Shown here: one piece after another, positions 1 through 12,381 of the stretch
Position numbering within the stretch: position 1 is the first letter of the stretch
Layout: every line of letters starts with the position of its first letter
From: Vitrella brassicaformis CCMP3155
Taxonomy: Eukaryota; Protista; Chromerida
Length of the DNA: 64,000 nt
Direction of reading: 5' to 3'
Assembly: GCA_001179505.1 (NCBI GenBank)
Contig: CDMY01000336.1
Location: forward strand, 248,001-312,000
Translations under genes and position numbers: made by a program
Notes under the pieces: model-generated
What the model was told of the DNA's origin: nothing
Database searches by the model: none
What the model saw: only the letters and a program-made list of their open reading frames with translations

Positions 1-7
1 TGTTCAG

Positions 8-3000
8 GGGTGACCGTGACGGCGGGCGTCAGAACGAGGGCAGCAGGACTATGTGGAAGAAAGTCGATCCCGACAAGTGAGTGCGACAACACACACATGC
101 CATGACCGCTCCCCCCCATGCATGCATCCGATGGATGATATATGTTGGTATTCTTCCTTCCACCTTTCAGGAAGGGTGGCTCTGAGGGTTCGGTGCCCGA
201 GAAGGCCCCCGAGCCGCAGACGGCCGCCGGCCGCCAGGCGGGGCCCAGCGAGAAGCGACGAGTCGTCAACCGCGAGAAGCCCATCCAACCCAGACAACAA
301 CCGGACAAAGACAAGTACCCGAATGCGTCCACTCAGACACCGATGACAGCTGCATGTGGCTATCTATGTTTGCGTGTGTTGTGTCATGTGACCCAGGGAG
401 GAGGTGCCTGAGAAGACCGACCGTGGCCCGGCTGCGGGTGCAGGTGGTGGTCGGCGTGACGAGCGTCAGGGGCGGGAGGCCGAGAGGGAGAGGGAGGGCC
501 GCCGCCAACAGGACGGCAGACGACAGGTCTACGCCGAGAAAGAAGGAGAAAGGTGCGCCCGTCCGTCCGCTGCATCGCATCTGGCACATCACATCACATC
601 CCACACGCATCTCATCTACCGAATTAATGCTTCCTCTCTCTCTCTGTCCGCGCCGCATCACGCGCAGGCGGCCGTCGATAGGTGGTGTGGTTGATGGAGG
701 TGCTGGTTTGCTGCCGACCCCTCCCGAGTTGGCGCAGCAGCAGCGGGACCGCCAGGAGGCCGACAGGAGGAACCAAAACAGAAGGGGAAACGAGCCTATG
801 AAGAAATACGTCCCCAGGGTGAGTGAGCCAGCTAGTCGGCGCACACACTGAGGCAGATCGACACGAAACCTCCTCTCTGTGTGTAAGTCTCAGGTGGACA
901 AGGACGGTATGATGCAGCACGAGGACGGCTACCTGCACCATGGCAGCCGGGGCGAGGGTCGGCGCGACAGGTACGGCCACGGCCACCACAGGAGGGGCGA
1001 TGACGACGGCGGCGGAGGGGACATGTGGGACCTACCCGAACCCGGACAAGGGTACCCACCCACAACACACACCACACCCACAATACGATACGATGTGGTC
1101 TTAACTTATGAACATTGCTCGTGAATGCATTGTGGTTGCAGTCCGATGGATGTGAGTGGGATTTTTCACCTGGGCGACATCCGCCAGGCTGAGGCGGCCA
1201 TGAAGGAGAAGGGCCTCTCCATCAACAAGTACGCCGAGGCGGTGCAGAAGGGCGAGATCATGATGCCCTCGCCGCCCCAGCCACCCTCCCAGCCGCCCCC
1301 ACCACGACCCCTCAACCACATGGGCATCTACTCGCCCGTCGCGGCGCCCCCCAGCGGCCCGCCGCCACCATTGCCGCCAATGGAAGAACCCATCTTCGTC
1401 GAGGAAGACTCAGACGAGGTGTGTGTGTGTGTGTGTGTGTCAACGGGTGTGCCTCATGCTTGTCGGTGTCTGTTTGGTGTGTGCTTTCTCGTCAGGTGGT
1501 TGCTGGGTCGAGGCTCTTCTCGCAATGGGTAAGTGAGCAGGGGAGCGAGCGACAAAGCAGAGAGAGGCACAGACATGGCTGGCGCAGCAATCACCCTGTG
1601 TGTGTGTGTGTGGATGTCTGTCTGGTGTGTGCAGAAGGCCGGTGGCGGAGGCCACCACGACGCCGGCGGGCGGCACATAATGGAAATGGTTATGGGAGGC
1701 GGCCAGCAGGACGCACAGAAGCAACACGAAGGCTCACCCAGAGGTGAGACGGCACACCGCCACACACTTGTTGGCTTGTTGCCTCAAATCAATCAATCAA
1801 TCCATCCACCCGTTGGGTGTCTGTCATCCATCCATATATCAGGTGAGATGGACATTCCCCGTCGTCAGCAGAGCGAGTTGTTCCGCAAGCAGATCGCCAT
1901 GGTGGCAAAGCAGCACGACCAAATGGACAACAAAGTCAGGACACAACAGCTCCCAGGCAACATCGCCGCACTCATGCAGGTAGGTAGGCGGCAAACCAAA
2001 CCAACAGGCAAACACACCACACCGCCCTCCCTCCCTCTAATGTGTTCTCTCCCTCCTCTGTCGATTCCTCTGTCTGTCAGCACGACTCGAGCGTGACGTC
2101 CAAGGGTTCCGGTGTGTATGCTGAGGACCTGGAGCACCACTTCATGGCCCGCCAGACACCCACCGCCAGGCCGCAGCCCGAGGACGCCAAGAGCAAAATC
2201 ATGGGACTGCTCTGTAAGAAAGACCACAGACAGACAGACAAACCAGCCGAGTCGCACACACACACGGACTGTACGCCCATGAACTTCTCTCTCTTATGCT
2301 GTGTGCATCCATCGTGGCAGCGTCCAAGAGCACTCGCACGGGTCTCGGCCAGGGGCAGGAAGCCGGGCAGAAGATACTACAGCTACTCGGTACAGAAAAA
2401 CACACACACACCCCATCGCCCCCCACACACCACGCCACATAGAACACCATATACTGTGTGTTTGATCAATCAGGTGGCGGTTCTGAGTCAGAAACCCCCA
2501 CCAGCCACCTCAGTCGCCAGGCCTCCCTCACCCAGCAGCAAGGCGGCAGCTCTCGCCCTCCCTACCCCATGGACCACCAGCAGCAGCAGCAGCAGCCCGG
2601 CCCTCCCAAGCCTGCCGCCCCCCCGCCCGCCGATTCCCAGCAGAGGGTCATGGCGCTGCTCGGCAAGGCCGGTGGCCGCACCACCAGCCGACACGACACT
2701 GGTGCCAGTGAGGGCGGCAAGAGGATCACCATTGACGAGCTCTTCGCATCGGCCAAGCAGCATGAGAGCCACCAGAGGGGCGGCAGCCCTCTCCTCGCGC
2801 CCTCTGGGTCGATGACGCCATCGGGCAGCTCGCAGCAGGCTGCTGCCGCTGCTGCTGCTGGGGCGGCGGGCGGGATGGGCTACCCACAAAAGCAGCCACC
2901 TTACCCCACACAAGGCTATGCACAGAGGTGAGAATGCTCGCAAGATCGTCACACTCACACCCCCTGATCTTCATTTGTGTGTGTCTTGGTGTGTGGATCG

Positions 3001-5250
3001 ATCAGCCCGGCGGCTGCCATGTCCCACCAGGCGCCCTCTGCCATGCCATCCCGCCCCATGCAGCAGCCGCCGTCCCTCTTTGCACAGCCTGGTCCTGGCC
3101 CCGGGATGCAGCAGCAGCCCCCCCAGCCCCCTTCGTCGCTTCCCTCCCAGCCGCCCCCGCCTCCCGGCCCACGACCGGGCGGCAGCACCTCGTCCATGAC
3201 GATGGGCATCGTGGGCGCCACACCTATGGGCAGCATGCCACAGCAACAACAGCAGCAGGGCACCATGCCGCCGCAGCAGCAGCAGGTCAGGGAGAGAGCT
3301 GTTCGTTCGTTTGTCCATCCATGTCATCGTGTGTGTGTTGTGTCTCTTTGTGCTGTGTGTCTGTGCTGCAGGCGCCCCCGTCTCAGCTCAGTACGACGGA
3401 GTACTTCAGCAAGGTCGGCCTGAGCCAGCAGGACCTCAACCAGATCAGGGAGCGCACCGGCTGGTCCGACACCGAGATACTTCGCGTCATCCAGGACTTC
3501 AAGTCCCAGAAGACGACACCACCGCAGCCCAAGATGATGCCCACACAGCAGCAGCCACAGCCACAGGGAGGCCTCCCACCGTCCAGTCACCCCCCACAGC
3601 CCCCATACCAGCCGCCACCCCCTCCCCCCAGTCAGGCCGCTGCTGCAGCGATGCGGCCCCAGCAGCCACAGCCGAGTGGCTACCCCACCCCGCCTCCGCC
3701 GACGACGCAGCCGCCACTCATGCAGACGACCTCACCACAGGCGGCCCAGATGTATGGGCAGCAACAACCGCAGCAGCAACAGCAGCAGCAGCCGAGATAT
3801 GGGGCCCCTGGTGGGGTCACGCCCCAGCAGCAGCAGCAGCAGCAACAACAACCGCAGCAGCCTCTGGGAGGCGGCATGGGTATGCAATCACCCCAGGCAC
3901 AGATGCCCGGCGGAGTACAGCCGCACACACAGTATCCAAACCAGGTGAGAAGAGACACAGCCACCACACACACGTAGAGGATACCTACCATAACCCCTCC
4001 CCGACTGGCCTCTTTGTCTGTCTGCAGCCACCCCCGCCCCCTCCCGGCCGCCCTGGCTCGTCGTCGGGTTTGTCGATGACGCAGCAACCCCCCTATCGCA
4101 CTCCAGCCCCCACCCCGCAGGCAGGAGCCTACCCCTCACAGCAGCAAGGCATCATGGGCAAGACGCCTCAGCCCACTGAGCCCCCCTCCACCACTCAGCC
4201 GCTGCCCCCACTGCTGCAGAGCCATGCAGCATCGCCGGCGGCCGGCTCGCTGCCCTCTGGTGTCGGTCAGCAGCAGACGGCCTACTCGGCTGGCCCCCCT
4301 CCGTCGCATCCCCCCTATGTGCCGCAGCTGTCTTCCACTGCGTCGACGCCCAACTCCACCTACCGGACCATGCAGCAGACTGCCCCGCCACAGCAGCAGA
4401 CAGGGGCGCCATCTGCCCCTTCGCCCAGCGCCAATTACCCCTACTATGGCGGTGGTCCGTCGTCGGGCATGCCTGCCCCGACCACCAACGGGGGAGGGGG
4501 CGTGACGCCCCCCAAGGCCCCCGCGCCACAGGCACAGTGGCAGCCCCAGTCCCAGCCGCAGTCTCAGGGCAGCTTGCAGCAGACACAGCCGGCTCGTCAG
4601 GGATACCCCGCTCCGCCAGTGAGTGGTGCTCCTGCCGGGCAGCAGCAGCCCTTGTACGGCACCAACCTCCCACCACCACAGGCCCAGGTCGGCCAGCAGA
4701 GGCAGGGAGTGCCCCTCCCGACCACACAGCCGCCACTACAGCAGCAACAGCAGCAGCAGCAACAGCAGATGCCGCTACGGTATGGGCAGTCGAGTGGCGG
4801 TCTCTCGTCGTCGTATGGCGTCTCTCCGAGCCCCCCGTCGACTCCTGGCTCTGGTGTGGGTGCGTATGGTGGCCAGCCGTCGTATCAGCGGCCGCAGAAC
4901 CCACAGCTGCCGAGCGGTGTCATGTCGCCCTCTGCTGGCCAGCAGCAGGGGGGTCTCCTGAGAGGCCGACTGCAGAGCGGAGAGCAGATGCTGGGCGGCG
5001 GGTACCCGCCACAGCAGCAGGCACAGCCTCAGCCACAGCCACAGCAGCCGCCCCCGGCTTATGGGATGCAGCAGCCGCCCATGCAGCTGCCCAACAGAAG
5101 AGGTGAGACCAAACCAGACCAGACACACATGGGCGGGCGAGGCAGACACGCTTACACATGGGGTGTGTGGGTGTGAATGTGTGTGTTGCAGTTGACGGCG
5201 TGCAGCCGCCTCCCCCGCCCCCGAGCGGCCAGACGTCCTACACCACATGA
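8..5250 (+). CDS. Multi-exon Q/P/G-rich low-complexity protein (5' end lies before the window); small helical islands including a UBA-like segment near 3373-3520
   Basis: Many GT-AG exons join in frame, for example ..EPMKKYVPR|VDKDG.., ..DMWDLPEPGQG|PMDVSGIFHLGDIRQAEAAM.. and LSTTEYFSKVGLSQQDLNQIRERTGWSDTEILRVIQDFK. Poly-Q/P exons span 2474-5101. The last exon ends ..QTSYTT TGA at 5248-5250. Confidence 0.75.
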
Positions 5251-7790
5251 GCAATGAGAGAGAGAAGGGCCGTGGGCTGGTCGGTGATCGTGTACATGAT
5301 GCATCAACGGATTTTTGCACCACACAGACACATGCACATCACGGGGAGGGTGGTGGCTGGCTGGCTGACTGACTCTTTTAAGGTCAAGCAGCGCGACCGA
5401 TGGATGCGTGGAGGACAGGCAATGTTTGAGAGAGACCTGGTGGATGGATGGATGGGCTCTGCCTTTGTCAAGAGAGCGAGCCGGTCGGTCTGATCTGATG
5501 CTGGCTTCCCCTGCCCCCTATCCCTCTCGTGTATGCCCCTCCCACCCTCCCTCCCTCAGTATCTCCCTCCCTGACTCCCGGTCTGGCTGCCCCTCGCTGA
5601 TTCGAACGCCGTGCCCGACTGCCGGCATTGTTTTGTACGGCTGCGTGGGCGTACGATCGGGGGGAGGCGGCTGCGGCCCTCTCTCTCTCTCTCACCTGCC
5701 CCTATGCCCCTCTCTCTATCTCTCTCTCTGCTTTCTGCTTTCTGCCGAGTGTTTGTCTGCGTGGCGAGAGCTTACGCTACCTGTGGGGCCAACACACACG
5801 ACCCTCTTCTCTCTCCTCTCGTGAGCCGCGCTGCCTGCCTGCCTGCCTGCCCCTATTTCTGGTCGGTGCAATGGCGTGGCAAAGCACTGTGTGAACGCAT
5901 CCCATCCCATCCCATCCCCCTCTCTCCCCCCTCGGCCCTCCGAAATGAGGCGAGATTCGGTCCTTTGCCTCAAGCACAGAGAGATGCATTCATGTCTCTC
6001 TGCTGGTGCCTGCCTGCCTGGCTGGCTGGCTGAATGGCTGGGTGTGTGGTTGGATGGGTGCCGGTAATTCGTTGGCCTTGTTGAGCTAGCTATTTTTTCA
6101 CTTGGTGGATTGGATTGGGTGGAAGAGAACGGGTCGATCGATCGATCAATCGGCTGGGCGATAGAGGTGCTGGCTGGTGCTGGCTGCTGTTTGGGCGCCC
6201 CAGCGTCCGAGTGGCTCTCGCTCAGTCGCCATGACATGACAGCGGGTCAATTCGAGTGCAGCCTGGGGATAGAGAGAGGATGTGGTGTGGCGTGGTGTGG
6301 TGTGGAGTGGAGTGGGTTGAAGCAGGTCGTGCGTATGGTGCCTGCCTGCCTGCATGGCTACTCGTGAATGGCCTCCCTCGTGTGTTTCTCTCTCTCTCTC
6401 TCTCTCTATCTCTTTGTGGTACGTGTAGGTGTGGCTGTGTGGCTGTGTGCGTGGGTGTACTCTATGGCTGTCTTAGCGGCTTTGTGAACGAATGGATGGA
6501 TGGAGGTGCTGCGGTGTGGTGTGTGGCGCGTGCTGATGAAGTGACTTACTGGTCTTCATGCTGCCTGTCTGTCTGTCTGCGTAACACGCGTGATCTGTTC
6601 ATGTGTGTGTGTGTGTCCATGTGCGTGTAGCTGATGGATGCTGCGTGCGATTGCGAGCCTTTGTGAGTGTCTCCCTATCTGCCTTTCTGCCTCCCTATCT
6701 ACCCTACCACCTTTGATACGTATTTGACGACACACACACACCCTTGTCCATCCATCCATCCATCGATCCGCTCACTCGGTCACTCTTGCTGCTGGCTGCC
6801 TGTCTAATCCTGTGCACACCCGCCCCACCACACGCCGGCCTGTGCACGCCACCATATCTGCTGTATTGGTTTTGCCTCACCTCACCGCAAGCACCGCTCT
6901 GCCCACCACCCCCTCATGTGAGCGAGAGACAGTCACGTGACTGACTGACAGATGGCCGTGGTTTCTTGAGACGCCCTGGAGGGCGGCTATGTTTCTGTGG
7001 CTGTGATGCGCTCACTGGGGATGGATGAATGGATGGACAGACAGCTTTCATCTCCCCCTTCACATCACACTCGCTGCGGCAGTTCTCGCTCGGAAGTTTT
7101 TTGGCCATGTCCACCAACGACAGACAGTTCTTCTTCTGACTTGGCCAAAAAAAGGCGGCAGTGAGCGGTGTGGAAAGCAAAAGCCATCGTCTGACTTGTT
7201 TTGACGTTGCTCATCTGACCAACCAACAAGCAAGAGATATATGTGGCCAGCGGGTAGTGACTGGGTGGATGAGTTTGTAATAGCGGTTTGCAGAGCGAGA
7301 CAGCGGGCCGTGTGTGTGTGGGTGGCTGAATGGATGGATGGATGGGTGGGTGGTGGTGGTAGTGGTGGTGGTGGTGGTGCTTTGTCACAACGCATGTGTG
7401 TGCGCTTTCAAAGGGCTGGGCTGGCCAGCTCACGTGTGTGTGGATGTGCGTGTGCGTGTGCATGGGTGTGGATGGATGGATTCACTGTGACCCTCACTGC
7501 AATGCGTTCATTGATCCATTGATCCATTCATTCATGGGACTCACACGTGTGTGTGTGCTGTGCACACCCGGCCATTCATTCAATTCATCAACATGCCTGT
7601 GTGACTATGAGAATTGCACACCACCTGCCATGCCAGGGCACACAGAGAGCGCATTGGACGGACGGACAAGTCATTCATTCATTCATTAGCAGCCGGTCTG
7701 TTGGTCTCCTGACACACACCACGGGCCATCCCGATCAAAATGCCCCCCCCACTAAGAACCCATGTACCTCGCTCGCTGCTGTCTATCTGT
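5251..7790. repeat. Microsatellite-rich 3'UTR/intergenic tract
   Basis: Dense (GGAT)n, (CT)n, (GT)n, (GCCT)n and (CATT)n runs; no coherent coding frame. Confidence 0.7.
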
Positions 7791-8171
7791 CGGTACCACT
7801 GCCGTCAGTTGATGCTCAGCCGCACGAACATCTCAACTCTGATCTGTGTGCATCGAATCACATGACAGTGGGTGTCAACTGACGGATGACATGAGGCAAT
7901 CCAGTGGGTTGGTTTGGATGAAGATCGTCAAGCCATTCATGTCAGTAGGTAGGTTGCTTTGTGTTTTCAACGCACACACACACACGGCACGCAAACCAGC
8001 AGGGGAACATGCCACGCAGAGAGAGAAGGCCAAAGCACAGATGGCAGTCCAGCCACAGACAGCGACCACGTCAGGCATCGCCCAAACCACCAGAGGACAT
8101 CAGTCAGCGAAAACGACAGCTGAGGCAGCGAAGCCTGCCCACACACATACTCCCCCCATCCCTCCCCTCCA

Positions 8172-8226
8172 CCACACCGTCACTCCACCTCCCCCACACC
8201 GTCACTCCACCTCCCCCACACCGTCA
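8172..8226. repeat. 22-bp tandem repeat x2.5 (ccacaccgtcactccacctccc) overlapping the stop codon of ankyrin A
   Basis: Read directly at 8172-8193, 8194-8215 and 8216-8226. Confidence 0.85.
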
Positions 8227-9987
8227 GTTGATGCCCAGCGACACAAACTGCCCCCGCCTGTCTATGTAGCCCAGCTGCTGCCACTGGAACTGGCAGTCGC
8301 TGCTGTCGAGGTGCTCGTTGAAGCCCTTGACCACCCCCTCAACGCCGTGCTGGGCCGCCTCGTCCAGCCGGGCCTTGTGGACCACCTCGCGCACACCCAA
8401 CCTGCGGCCGCCCGCCCCTCCTAGCACGAAGCACTGCAGTGGCCCCTGGCTGTCCTCCCCGCTGCCCACCACCTGCTGATTGCCCGCTGCCTGCAGCGAC
8501 GCAGCGCTGCGCACAAACGCATCCATGGCCTTGTTGATTCGCCGGCCGAAGAGCGTCGCGTTGTGGACGGGGCGGGGCGTCTGCTCGAGTGCCGATGGGT
8601 CGACGAAGAAGGAGGCCACCCGCCAGGCGACGGCTGACATGTCTTCGACGGCCAGCGGCCTGTTGTCGCTATCGCCGTCTGCGGGCGACTCCGATGTGCC
8701 CTGTTCGATGGTGTTGGTGGGCTGGGGGGAGGGGGAGAGACAGGGGTGTCGGGGGAAGAGTGTGTCGAGCTCTATCTTGGTCATCTGGGGAAGGGCACAC
8801 GTCAGCAGGGCCGCCCACTCGCGCTGAGGTCGCAGGGCGGCGTTGATGGCCGACATGACCACATGGGGCACCTCGTTGAGCACCGTCGTGTACTCGACCA
8901 GCACCAGCTGCCGACGACGGCGGTCCTGAACAGTGGCATTGGGCAGCCGGGCGATATCCGCCCCCGCCTGCAGCAGCACACAGATGGTGGTCTTGAGACG
9001 GGGAATCGAGGCTCTGGCGTAGTCCTTGGATGACTCCTCCGCAGTGTCGTCGTCCAGCAGCTGAGTGCCCACATCGAGCTCCCTGGCAGCAGACCAGAGG
9101 GGGGTGTGGTGGGGGTAATTGGGCCTCCCTCTGTTGATGTCGGCAGCCGTAAGGCGGCGGCACAGGGAGGCAGCCACACGGTGGGACCCCCACATTGCCG
9201 CGTAGTGAAATGGCGTCGCGTTACGGTAGTCCACTGCCGTGATGTCCGCCCCACTGTCCACCAACAGGTCGAGGTAGCTGTCGATAAAGGACTGGGACCA
9301 CACGGGACGGTTGGAGGCCACCCAATGCACCGGATTGTCCCCGTACTCTCCATCAGTCTCGGTTGCGAGGGTGGGGTTTCGATCGATGAGTTGCTTGTAG
9401 AAGGACAGCAGGGTGGCCTCGTGGTCCTCGGTGGGCCGGTCCGTCTCCAGTGTCCATGGCAGCCCCATCACCCCACGGCCCCCCAGCTGCAGCCCGTCCT
9501 CTGCCATGAGCAGACGGAAGGCCGTCTCGTTGCAGGCTTTGATGGCAATGCGGATGGGCGTGAAACCCGGCCAGTCCTCAACCTCCTCGTCGGTCGGGAT
9601 GGCGTTGATGTCGGCACCTCCATCGATGAGTGCCTTCATGACGCCCTCCTGCAGGTCGGGTGACGACCACTGAGGCAGAGCGACGTGAGAGTCATCATTG
9701 GCGTCTACTGCCAAGATGGACGGGATGCGGTACTCGGTGAGGTTGTCAATGCACAGGGACAGCAGGGGAAAGGGTAGGAAGCGTCCCGTGGTGCCCTCCA
9801 CCCGCAGCTGGGGTTGCGCATCGGGGTCTGCTCCCTGCTGCTGAATGAGGCCCGTCACCTGGCTGACTCTGGTGAAGCTGCGCGAGATGATGCCCGCAGC
9901 CAGTGGCATGCTTGGAAGACTGGCGGCAACGTTGAGTCTGCTGTGTTCGACCCAGCCGAGGGGCAGAGCTGCACTCACCTCACTCAT
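8224..9987 (-). CDS. Intronless ankyrin-repeat family protein, copy A (upstream in-frame ATG also at 10053)
   Basis: Ankyrin motifs DNPVHWVA, ATPFHYAAMWG..ADIN..HTPLWSAA and LLQAGADIA. Family C-terminus RRLGVREVVHKARLDEAAQHGVEGVVKGFN is shared with copies B and C. Confidence 0.9.
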   Translation of the reverse strand: MSEVSAALPLGWVEHSRLNVAASLPSMPLAAGIISRSFTRVSQVTGLIQQQGADPDAQPQLRVEGTTGRFLPFPLLSLCIDNLTEYRIPSILAVDANDDSHVALPQWSSPDLQEGVMKALIDGGADINAIPTDEEVEDWPGFTPIRIAIKACNETAFRLLMAEDGLQLGGRGVMGLPWTLETDRPTEDHEATLLSFYKQLIDRNPTLATETDGEYGDNPVHWVASNRPVWSQSFIDSYLDLLVDSGADITAVDYRNATPFHYAAMWGSHRVAASLCRRLTAADINRGRPNYPHHTPLWSAARELDVGTQLLDDDTAEESSKDYARASIPRLKTTICVLLQAGADIARLPNATVQDRRRRQLVLVEYTTVLNEVPHVVMSAINAALRPQREWAALLTCALPQMTKIELDTLFPRHPCLSPSPQPTNTIEQGTSESPADGDSDNRPLAVEDMSAVAWRVASFFVDPSALEQTPRPVHNATLFGRRINKAMDAFVRSAASLQAAGNQQVVGSGEDSQGPLQCFVLGGAGGRRLGVREVVHKARLDEAAQHGVEGVVKGFNEHLDSSDCQFQWQQLGYIDRRGQFVSLGIN

Positions 9988-10275
9988 CACGCCTTCTAGC
10001 CACCTGCATTCAAGCACAACCACACGTACCCCGTTTCTCACGCAGTGTGCCATTCATTGCGTACCCATCGTTTTGGATAGCCGCATCAGCCGCAGCAGCG
10101 GTTTCAGGGAGCACCCTGGCGTGACTGCCTCAGCTGATCTTGCATCGTGTGGCAGATCTTGGGTACCCACACGAGCAAGTGAACGACGAATTTCAAGGCC
10201 ATGAAGGCCAACGGGCGAAAGAGCCTCCAGGCGGAGAGAGATGATCATGCGGCATCACCACCCACTGCTGCGTCG

Positions 10276-11847
10276 ATGCAGGGTGTTTCCCGCATACTCT
10301 GTTTCCTGCTCTTGCTGCTGCCGGCATCTCTTGCCGCATCGCTTCCTCGCGCTTCCCCCCGTCGTGGCTCTTCGCCGCTATTTCTGACAAGGACTCATCG
10401 CCCGGTGGATGGTTCGTCTGTGCGGCGGCACTGCAGTCCGTTCTTGCCCCTCCAGACGTCGTATCTCCTGGCGCCAAACCGGACACCGATCCAGCTTCAA
10501 TCACTTCTACGTCCGCCGAAGAGCACCACAGTGGCTGCGGCCGCAAGCTCCCCTCTCGCTCTGCAAGAGGAGTTCACGAGGCCACAGACAGGCGATGAGG
10601 CGTCTAGCGCTGAGGATGGGTGAGTCAAAACACAGAAATGGATGATGGCTACATGCGACCTGTGCGTAAGCTTTTTCGTACGGTGTGGTGTGTGTGCAGG
10701 TATTTGTTCAATGTGAGTCTGCCGAGGATAACGGGGATCGAGTGGGCGTCCACGCTGGCATTCGACTTTGTACGTGAGAGGCAGAGCAGAGAAGAGGCAA
10801 GGGAAAAAAGGGAGATGGATGACACGCGTGACTTGACTTGAGACCAAGCGGCCGCCCACCTTGTCTGTGTGTCTGTCTGTCTGATTGTCTTGTTTGTGCA
10901 GGCCTACGTGAATTCCCTCGAGTACGGCAGCGCGGCCTCGTCATCGAGGATGATCCAGCCAGGTCAGGTGTGTCAGTCACCACATACACACATGCCATGC
11001 GAGGTACACGCACCACCTCTCTCATCTGATGTGATGTGATGTGACGTCCGTCCTGTTTGTACGTCATCGATTCATTCATTCAGGTGACTGGCTGGTAGGG
11101 GTCAACCAAGGTTCGGCGATCAGGGAGGGGATAGCTTTCGATGACGTCATGAGGCTGTTTGACGAACCGAACGTCGCCAAGACGGACACAGAGGTTGGTG
11201 TAACCATAACATACACGCACTGCACTGCACTTAGTGAGGATTATAAATAGGAGGATGAGGACAAGGGCGTGGCGTGTATTTGATTCCTCCCCTGCCTGCC
11301 CATGTCATCCATCCTTTGTTCAGGTGCAGCTGCGCTTTTTTCGTGGATCCCCTGAGGCTTTCCAGCAGTACGTCCGCGAGCAGTCGGGCCGTGGCGACAG
11401 CGATCCCCCGCCCCCCCAGTTCATGACCATCACGGTTGTCAAGGAGGGCCAGCAGGTGGCCACACTCGGAGATATCCCGACGGGCAGCAACCTGAGGGAC
11501 GTCCTCACCGACAACGGCATCAACGTGTACCAGTCATACACAAGGTCCACTCAAGAAACACAGCCACCAACATGACATTTGTCGGGTTTACAGTTGAGTG
11601 TGTTCTGCGATTGGACAGGTATACGAATTGCAGTGGGAAGCAGCTGTGCGGCACGTGCATCGTCCGTGTCCGTGAGGGCATGGAGAATACGTCGATGAAG
11701 GAGCTCGACGAGCTGGCGACCCTGAAGGGCAACCCCGAGTCATACAGGCTCTCGTGTGTCACTGACGTCTACGGCGATGTGACAGTTGAGGTGTTCCCGC
11801 CAGTGCCGAGGGGGCAGTTCATAAGAGGGCCGGCGAGGACCAGATAG
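10276..11847 (+). CDS. Putatively plastid-targeted protein with a PDZ-like domain and a C-terminal 2Fe-2S ferredoxin domain
   Basis: Signal peptide MQGVSRILCFLLLLLPASLAAS followed by an S/R/P-rich transit-like region. PDZ-like exons GIEWASTLAFDF|AYVNSLEYGSAA..|GDWLVGVN. Ferredoxin motif NCSGKQLCGTC...YRLSC (Cx5Cx2C..C). About six GT-AG exons. Confidence 0.8.
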
Positions 11848-12381
11848 GACACGCAGACTGACTTTCTTCTCAGTCAGTTCAGGCTGTGTGGGTATGGAGG
11901 ACAGCTCAGCCCTGCAAGCCAACGTGTTCGACGTGACAGACACATAAGGCGGCGGTCAGTACTATGAATGTGTTGGCTCCGTGTCACTACGATATGCGTT
12001 CGTTGACTTCTACGCACAACCACGTAAATCAAGATCGGTCTGCACAGCCCACTTCCTTCGGAAGCTCTCCCCTCCCCTCCCCTAATGTGCCAAGCATCTG
12101 CTATCGGCACCCACCCTTACAAAACGGTCATTGTACACACGCGCCACGCCACCCCACAGAGCCCATCCATCCTAGACACACAAGCAGTCGGCCCATCTCA
12201 CCAAAACAACATTCCCAGCGCCCACACAACACGGCCCTGCAACGGCCGAGACGACAGTCGCGCTGTCGGGCACCCTCTCGCACGCCTCTCGACGAAACTC
12301 TTGCAAGATTTCCGCCGTGCGCCGTGCGAAGCCGATCCCGCAGGATGACCGCCGTCTCCATTCGCATATTCGCCATCAGTA

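Noticed and set aside
6914-7250. Non-repetitive patch within the intergenic tract
   Set aside because: Short, with no consistent frame or splice signals.
7802-8234. 14-bp direct repeat read as a retro-insertion target-site duplication
   Set aside because: Homology of the 7802 copy to ankyrin C extends beyond the 14 bp on both sides, so a duplicated gene tail explains it better.
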